Shown here: in pieces, positions 59,403 to 64,000 of the stretch
Position numbering within the stretch: the first letter of the stretch is position 1
Layout of the letters: each line of letters starts with the position of its first letter
Origin: Longimicrobiales bacterium
Lineage (GTDB): Bacteria > Gemmatimonadota > Gemmatimonadetes > Longimicrobiales > Gaopeijiaceae
Direction of reading: 5' to 3'
DNA: 64,000 bases
NCBI GenBank assembly: GCA_965204735.1
Contig: OZ242008.1
Coordinates: 1,952,001 to 2,016,000, forward strand
Program-made: the position numbers and the translations under genes
The notes under the pieces: model-generated
What the model saw: the letters and a program-made list of their open reading frames with translations, nothing else
Databases searched by the model: none
What the model was told of the DNA's origin: nothing

Positions 59403-60525
59403 GAGCTTCCGCACTTTTCTCGCCAGGAGTGGTCGCGGGCCGGCGAAGGGCCAGCATCGACTGCGAAAAATAAGACAAGCCGCCGGGCTCGTGGCGCCCC
59501 GCCAGCCATGCGTTGCCGGGCGACCTCTTGGCGCGGCCCTTCATTCTGCCGGCCAGCGCCAGGACTTGGGACGGGCTCGCGAAGGACCCGGCCGGACCTG
59601 CGGCGACGCCGATGGAAAGCGTCATGAGGGGGATCCGGCGCACCGAGCCCCAGCGGTCCCGCGCCGCAAAGCCCCCGGCGCGCCGGTCCGCATGGTCGTA
59701 CCGAAGCGGCACCGCCTCGCCGAAGACGCGGACGATCTCGTCGCAGCAGCGGGCGGCCTGCTCCGGCGTCGTCAGCAGGACGAAGTCGTCGCCGCCCACG
59801 TGGCCCACGAAGCCGACGGGCGCCAGGGCGCGGGCCACGTCCCGCAGGATCGAGGCGACCAGAAGGATCGTCTTGTCGCCCTCGGCGGGGCCGTAGCGGT
59901 CGTTGTACTCCTTGAAGTGGTCCAGGTCCGCGTGGCAGAGGGCGAACGACCGGCCGGCGGCGATCTCCTCCGCCAGGCGTCGGCCGATCTCCGGCGCTCC
60001 CGGCAGCCTCGTGGCCGGGTGCACGGCCAAGTCCCGCCGAGATCGGCGCAGCGTCCTGTCCAGGCGCAACAGCTTCTCCCGGCGCGACAGGTGCGCCGCC
60101 AGCGCCTCGTCGGCGCCCGCCTCCAGAGCGGCCGCGACGGCCTCCTCGGCGAACCGCGCGCCGCCCCGGGTCAGCGCCACCAAGGGCACGGTGGCCGTGA
60201 ACGGATCGCCCTTCAGCCTGCGGCAGAGCGCTTCCGCCTCCGATTGGGACGCCGCGCCGGCCGCCGCCCTGCCCCTCCTGCCCGGCCACTCCACCACCAC
60301 CGCGGCCGGGGGCGGCGGGCTGCGGACCAGGGGCACGGCATCCCGCAAGGAAGACGCTACCGTCGGCACGAAGGGGCGCCCCGCGGCGTAGGCCGCCACC
60401 AAGGCCAGGCACGGCGAGCCGGCAGGCGCGACGCAGACGATCCGCCTCCCGGCGGGGCTGCCGGCAAGCTCAGCGCCGACCACGGCGCCCGCCCCCGGGC
60501 CGGCCACGGCCAGCTCGACCGTCAA
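59218..60525 (-). CDS. GGDEF-domain protein with a degenerate receiver-like N-terminus
   Basis: TRLPG, DLDHFKEYNDRYG…GD, GHVGGDDF, TLSIG; the frame runs about 185 nt into prfB. Confidence 0.85.
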   Translation of the reverse strand: MTVELAVAGPGAGAVVGAELAGSPAGRRIVCVAPAGSPCLALVAAYAAGRPFVPTVASSLRDAVPLVRSPPPPAAVVVEWPGRRGRAAAGAASQSEAEALCRRLKGDPFTATVPLVALTRGGARFAEEAVAAALEAGADEALAAHLSRREKLLRLDRTLRRSRRDLAVHPATRLPGAPEIGRRLAEEIAAGRSFALCHADLDHFKEYNDRYGPAEGDKTILLVASILRDVARALAPVGFVGHVGGDDFVLLTTPEQAARCCDEIVRVFGEAVPLRYDHADRRAGGFAARDRWGSVRRIPLMTLSIGVAAGPAGSFASPSQVLALAGRMKGRAKRSPGNAWLAGRHEPGGLSYFSQSMLALRRPATTPGEKSAEAHGNRAGTSPSLRPSAPRRPRAADRGASGVPLTSTGAASESKLSTPRWRPPASGTTRSRPGG

Positions 60526-60526
60526 C

Positions 60527-61513
60527 TCAAGGCGTCCAGGCCGACACCGCCACTTCGATGCGTTCCGTCCCCGGGCGGCTCCTGAGGCGCACGACGACGA
60601 GTCCGTCCACCGCGCTCAAGAGGTGGTTGACCCCGACGATCCAGAGGGCGCGACGAGCATCCCGGAACCATTCGTCGCTCTGCCGGATCAGGCGGCCGAA
60701 GCGCTCCCGGTCCGCCGGCCCGCCGGACCACGCCCACAGGAAGGGGGAGCCGTACCCTCGCGTCCGGTAGTACTCCAGCGCGCGAGCGTGCCCCGGCGAG
60801 CTCTCCGGCGCCGCAGGATCCACCCCGAAGATCGCGGTCGCCAGCGCCCACACCGATCCGTTGTAGGTGGACGGGTCGGTTTCGGGCTGAAGACCTGGAA
60901 GGGCGGCGTTCGCGTCCCAGGCCCCCGAGCCCGGCCACTGGGACAACGTCTCGTAGTAGTCGAAGTCGCCGTCCCGACGCGGACCGTCGCTCAGCCCAGC
61001 CCTCGCGGCCTCCCATGCGAAGTCCCGGTAGGCGGTCCGCGCCCGCGTCGCTTCCCTTCGCGAACGGAGGTACAGCACGGTCGAGAGGACCTCGAGCCCC
61101 GCGTACGCGATCCACCGCCCCTGCCCCATGCGGCGCTGGGCCAAGCCGGGAAGGACCAGCGACGACAGGAACGCCTCTCCCTGCCCAAGCTCGGCGGGCC
61201 GGAACGGCGAAGCGCCCCACTGGGCCGCGCCGCCCCAGGTCGCCGCTTCCCTCGACGCCGGCTGGGGCTCGACCCCGGCGGACACGGTCGCAGGCGACTC
61301 GGCGGTTGTGCGGTTGCGACGCTGACGGTCAACGTCTATGCCGACAACCCGAGCGCCGGTCGCTGGAGACTCGGCGGTTGCCCGGTTGCGACCGGCCGTG
61401 TGCTGGCCCTCGACCCCGGCGGGCGCGGTCGCAAGGCCGCAGCACGCCGCCGCCAGCGCCGTCGCGACCAGCCGCAGCCCACGAACGCGACGACCATCCC
61501 TTGCCTGGACCAC
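60527..61513 (-). CDS. Hypothetical exported/membrane protein (S-x-x-x-PG-x-x-Q motif, DUF5683-like)
   Basis: Signal-like N-terminus, AFLSSLVLPGLAQ, NHLLSAVD; fills the operon gap. Confidence 0.65.
   Translation of the reverse strand: MVQARDGRRVRGLRLVATALAAACCGLATAPAGVEGQHTAGRNRATAESPATGARVVGIDVDRQRRNRTTAESPATVSAGVEPQPASREAATWGGAAQWGASPFRPAELGQGEAFLSSLVLPGLAQRRMGQGRWIAYAGLEVLSTVLYLRSRREATRARTAYRDFAWEAARAGLSDGPRRDGDFDYYETLSQWPGSGAWDANAALPGLQPETDPSTYNGSVWALATAIFGVDPAAPESSPGHARALEYYRTRGYGSPFLWAWSGGPADRERFGRLIRQSDEWFRDARRALWIVGVNHLLSAVDGLVVVRLRSRPGTERIEVAVSAWTP
61286..61392. repeat. Two imperfect 35-bp in-frame direct repeats (RNRxTAESPAT)
   Basis: 61286-61320 and 61358-61392, period 72 nt. Confidence 0.7.
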
Positions 61514-61515
61514 GG

Positions 61516-62553
61516 TCAGAACGCGACTCCGAAGGTCACGTGAACCGGCTCCGTCTCTCCCGTGAGCAGGGATCGGGCGAGCGACTTGGCCAAGTTCAGG
61601 TCGAAGCGGTCGAAGCGGAACCCCACGCCCACCGAGGCGCCGTTGGTCTGATCCAGCTGGCCCCCCACGTAGCCCGCCCGCAACGAGAAGAGCGCCGCCG
61701 CCGAGAACTCCAGTCCGGCGTAGAACGAGGGCGACCCCAGGTCCCGCGGTCGGTCCTCCGTCTCCAGGGCCAGCCAGAGCTCCATGGAGTTGTCCGGCAC
61801 GAACAGGTGAAGCAGCTCGTAGGCCGCCGCCAGCCGCACTCGGGTCGGCAGGGGGTCGGACTGCTCCTGGTTCCGGATCTGGAACTCGGTTCCGGCGTGA
61901 GCCACCATCCAGCCGAAGCGCAGCGGCACGCTGTCGAAGGGCTGGGCCTGAAGACCCACGTCCACGGCGTACGCGGTGCTGGTGGTCTCCAGGTCCGGAC
62001 AGTCGCCCCTGCAACCGATCCGGAACTGAACGAGCTTCAAGTTGACGCCGACGTGAACGTTTCCGGGGAACGAGGTGGCGAAGCTGACGATCCCGGCGTG
62101 GTTCCACACGGAGAGCGATCCCAGCAAGTTGCCGAGCGGGTCCCGGATGTCCTGGTCGCCCGCGTTCAGAAGCAGATAGGAGACGCCGAAGGTCCCAGCC
62201 CCCTCCCACGGCAAAACCCCGCTCACCGCAATGGCCTCGCCGACCAGCTGCTCGCCTCTGTACACCATCACCCGCCGACGGGCCTGCTCGGCCAGCGCCG
62301 CCGGGTTCCAGAACGCCCCCTCGCCGCTTGACACCGCCGTCATTGCCCTTCCGAGGCCGACCCCCTGGGCGCCGACGGGCAGCAGAAGGAAGAGCGCGCC
62401 CTCCTGAGCGCGCGCGCCTTCCCCGCTCTGGCCGCCGGCGTCCATCGGCGCCGCTCCCGCGAGAAGCGCCGCGGCGACGTGGAGCGCCGGCCACGTCCGC
62501 GCCCTCCGCGCGGCCCACGGGCGCCTGCGGGCCGCCGCCCTACTCCCCCTCAT
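61516..62553 (-). CDS. PorV/PorQ-family outer-membrane beta-barrel protein
   Basis: FLLLPVGAQGVGLG, FWNPAAL, alternating beta-strands, LRAGY, terminal Phe. Confidence 0.75.
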   Translation of the reverse strand: MRGSRAAARRRPWAARRARTWPALHVAAALLAGAAPMDAGGQSGEGARAQEGALFLLLPVGAQGVGLGRAMTAVSSGEGAFWNPAALAEQARRRVMVYRGEQLVGEAIAVSGVLPWEGAGTFGVSYLLLNAGDQDIRDPLGNLLGSLSVWNHAGIVSFATSFPGNVHVGVNLKLVQFRIGCRGDCPDLETTSTAYAVDVGLQAQPFDSVPLRFGWMVAHAGTEFQIRNQEQSDPLPTRVRLAAAYELLHLFVPDNSMELWLALETEDRPRDLGSPSFYAGLEFSAAALFSLRAGYVGGQLDQTNGASVGVGFRFDRFDLNLAKSLARSLLTGETEPVHVTFGVAF

Positions 62554-63520
62554 CGGGAACCGCGTATCCGAACGCCATCAGAGTCTCCCTCTTCCGCCGC
62601 CACCCGTCCGACACCTTGACCCACAGGTCCAGGTACACGCGAGCACCGAGAAAGTCCTCGATCTTCCGCCGGGCGTCGCGCCCCAGGGCCTTGATCCCCG
62701 CACCTCCCTTGCCGACCACGATTCCCTTCTGCGAGTTCCGCTCCACATAGACGACCGCCGCCACGTACACCGGGTCCTCGCTCTCCCGAAGCTCCTCGAC
62801 GCGCACCGCGACCGAGTACGGCACTTCCTGGCGGTACAGGCCGAAGACCGCCTCCCTGACGATCTCCTGAACGAAGAACCGCACGGGCGCCGTCGCAAGG
62901 TCGTCCTTCGGGTACAGAAACGGGCTCGTCGGCAGCTTCGCCCGCAGGAAGGCCAGGAGCGGTTCCAAGCCGGCGCCCTCCCTTGCCGACACCGCGAACG
63001 CCGGCAGCCCGAGACGCCGGGCCGCTCCCTTCGCCCTCCGCGCCGCGAAGGCGCCCTGGTCCGACTTGTTGACCGCCGCCGCGGCCGGACAGCCTATTCC
63101 GCGAAGGAAGCCCGCCAAGCGCCTCCACTCTCCGGCGGAAGTGCTCCTCGCGCCGTCCACGACCACGACGGCCGCGTCCGCGTCGTGGCGGGCCGCCTCA
63201 GTCTCCGTCGCCATCGACCGGTGAAAGAGGCTGGGGCCGTCCACGAAACCGGGCGTGTCCACAAAGACCATCTGGACGTCGCGCTCCGTGCGTATCCCCG
63301 TCACGCGCTGCCACGTCGACTGCGCCTTGGCGGCAACGATCCCGAGCGGACGCCCCACCAGGGCGTTGAGCAGCGTCGACTTGCCCGCGTTGGGCAGACC
63401 GGCCAGGACTACGAACCCAGCCCGAGTCGGCGGGCGCGACGCCGCGGGACGCGGGCCGACAGCCCGCGCCGACTGCCCCGGAGCGCTCTTCGACCGACTC
63501 GGTTCCGTGGATGGGTGCAT
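62540..63520 (-). CDS. era: GTPase Era
   Basis: GLPNAGKST, DTPG, NKSD, KH domain SQKGIVVGKGG, VYLDLWVKV. Confidence 0.95.
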   Translation of the reverse strand: MHPSTEPSRSKSAPGQSARAVGPRPAASRPPTRAGFVVLAGLPNAGKSTLLNALVGRPLGIVAAKAQSTWQRVTGIRTERDVQMVFVDTPGFVDGPSLFHRSMATETEAARHDADAAVVVVDGARSTSAGEWRRLAGFLRGIGCPAAAAVNKSDQGAFAARRAKGAARRLGLPAFAVSAREGAGLEPLLAFLRAKLPTSPFLYPKDDLATAPVRFFVQEIVREAVFGLYRQEVPYSVAVRVEELRESEDPVYVAAVVYVERNSQKGIVVGKGGAGIKALGRDARRKIEDFLGARVYLDLWVKVSDGWRRKRETLMAFGYAVPDEGE

Positions 63521-63652
63521 GGCCGGAGTGGAAGGGCGCCTGGCCGGGCTCCCGCGGGGGGGAGACAGTCCAAGGTCATGAGAAGCAGGCGGGTAGACAC
63601 GAGATTCTTTCGGGACCGGTCCTCGAGAGAAACCGCCCCTACTCGAAACTCC

Positions 63653-64000
<348 letters not shown>

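Noticed and set aside
60522..61220. Track ORF 60522..61220 as the gene upstream of the GGDEF protein
   Set aside because: The overlapping frame ending at 60527 has the protein-like composition and motif; this one is a shadow.

Overview
High-GC bacterial chromosome segment. Gene order (lptB-rpoN; mcsA-mcsB-clpC-bamA-skp-lpxD-lpxC/fabZ-lpxA; PorV-family barrel next to era) suggests Gemmatimonadota; this is inference, not a database result. About 1-10.4 kb is a + strand envelope/housekeeping block. About 24.6-64 kb is a long, tightly coupled - strand housekeeping block (surE, gpsA, plsY, der, uvrC, murJ, bshC, lipid A genes, bamA, clpC, lolCD, lysS, frameshifted prfB, era), ending in the 3' part of a 16S rRNA gene with no 23S gene or ITS tRNA after it. 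The blocks converge on a clear XerC/XerD dif site (10479-10506), so this is probably the replication terminus. The accessory zone beside dif (10.5-24.5 kb) holds the best candidate for an undescribed system: a lower-GC, translationally coupled, partly duplicated cassette (18.0-20.7 kb) of two secreted 3-Cys peptides with a variable loop, two membrane-anchored CxxT thioredoxin-like proteins and a beta-propeller lipoprotein. It has an upstream perfect palindrome, a broken DUF262/GmrSD gene remnant at its downstream edge, and an orphan paralogous propeller beside dif. Other oddities: a 27-aa zinc-finger microprotein, a DUF368 protein with a baseplate-J-like insert, and a frameshifted TPR lipoprotein. 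All family calls come from motif recognition by eye; no searches were run.
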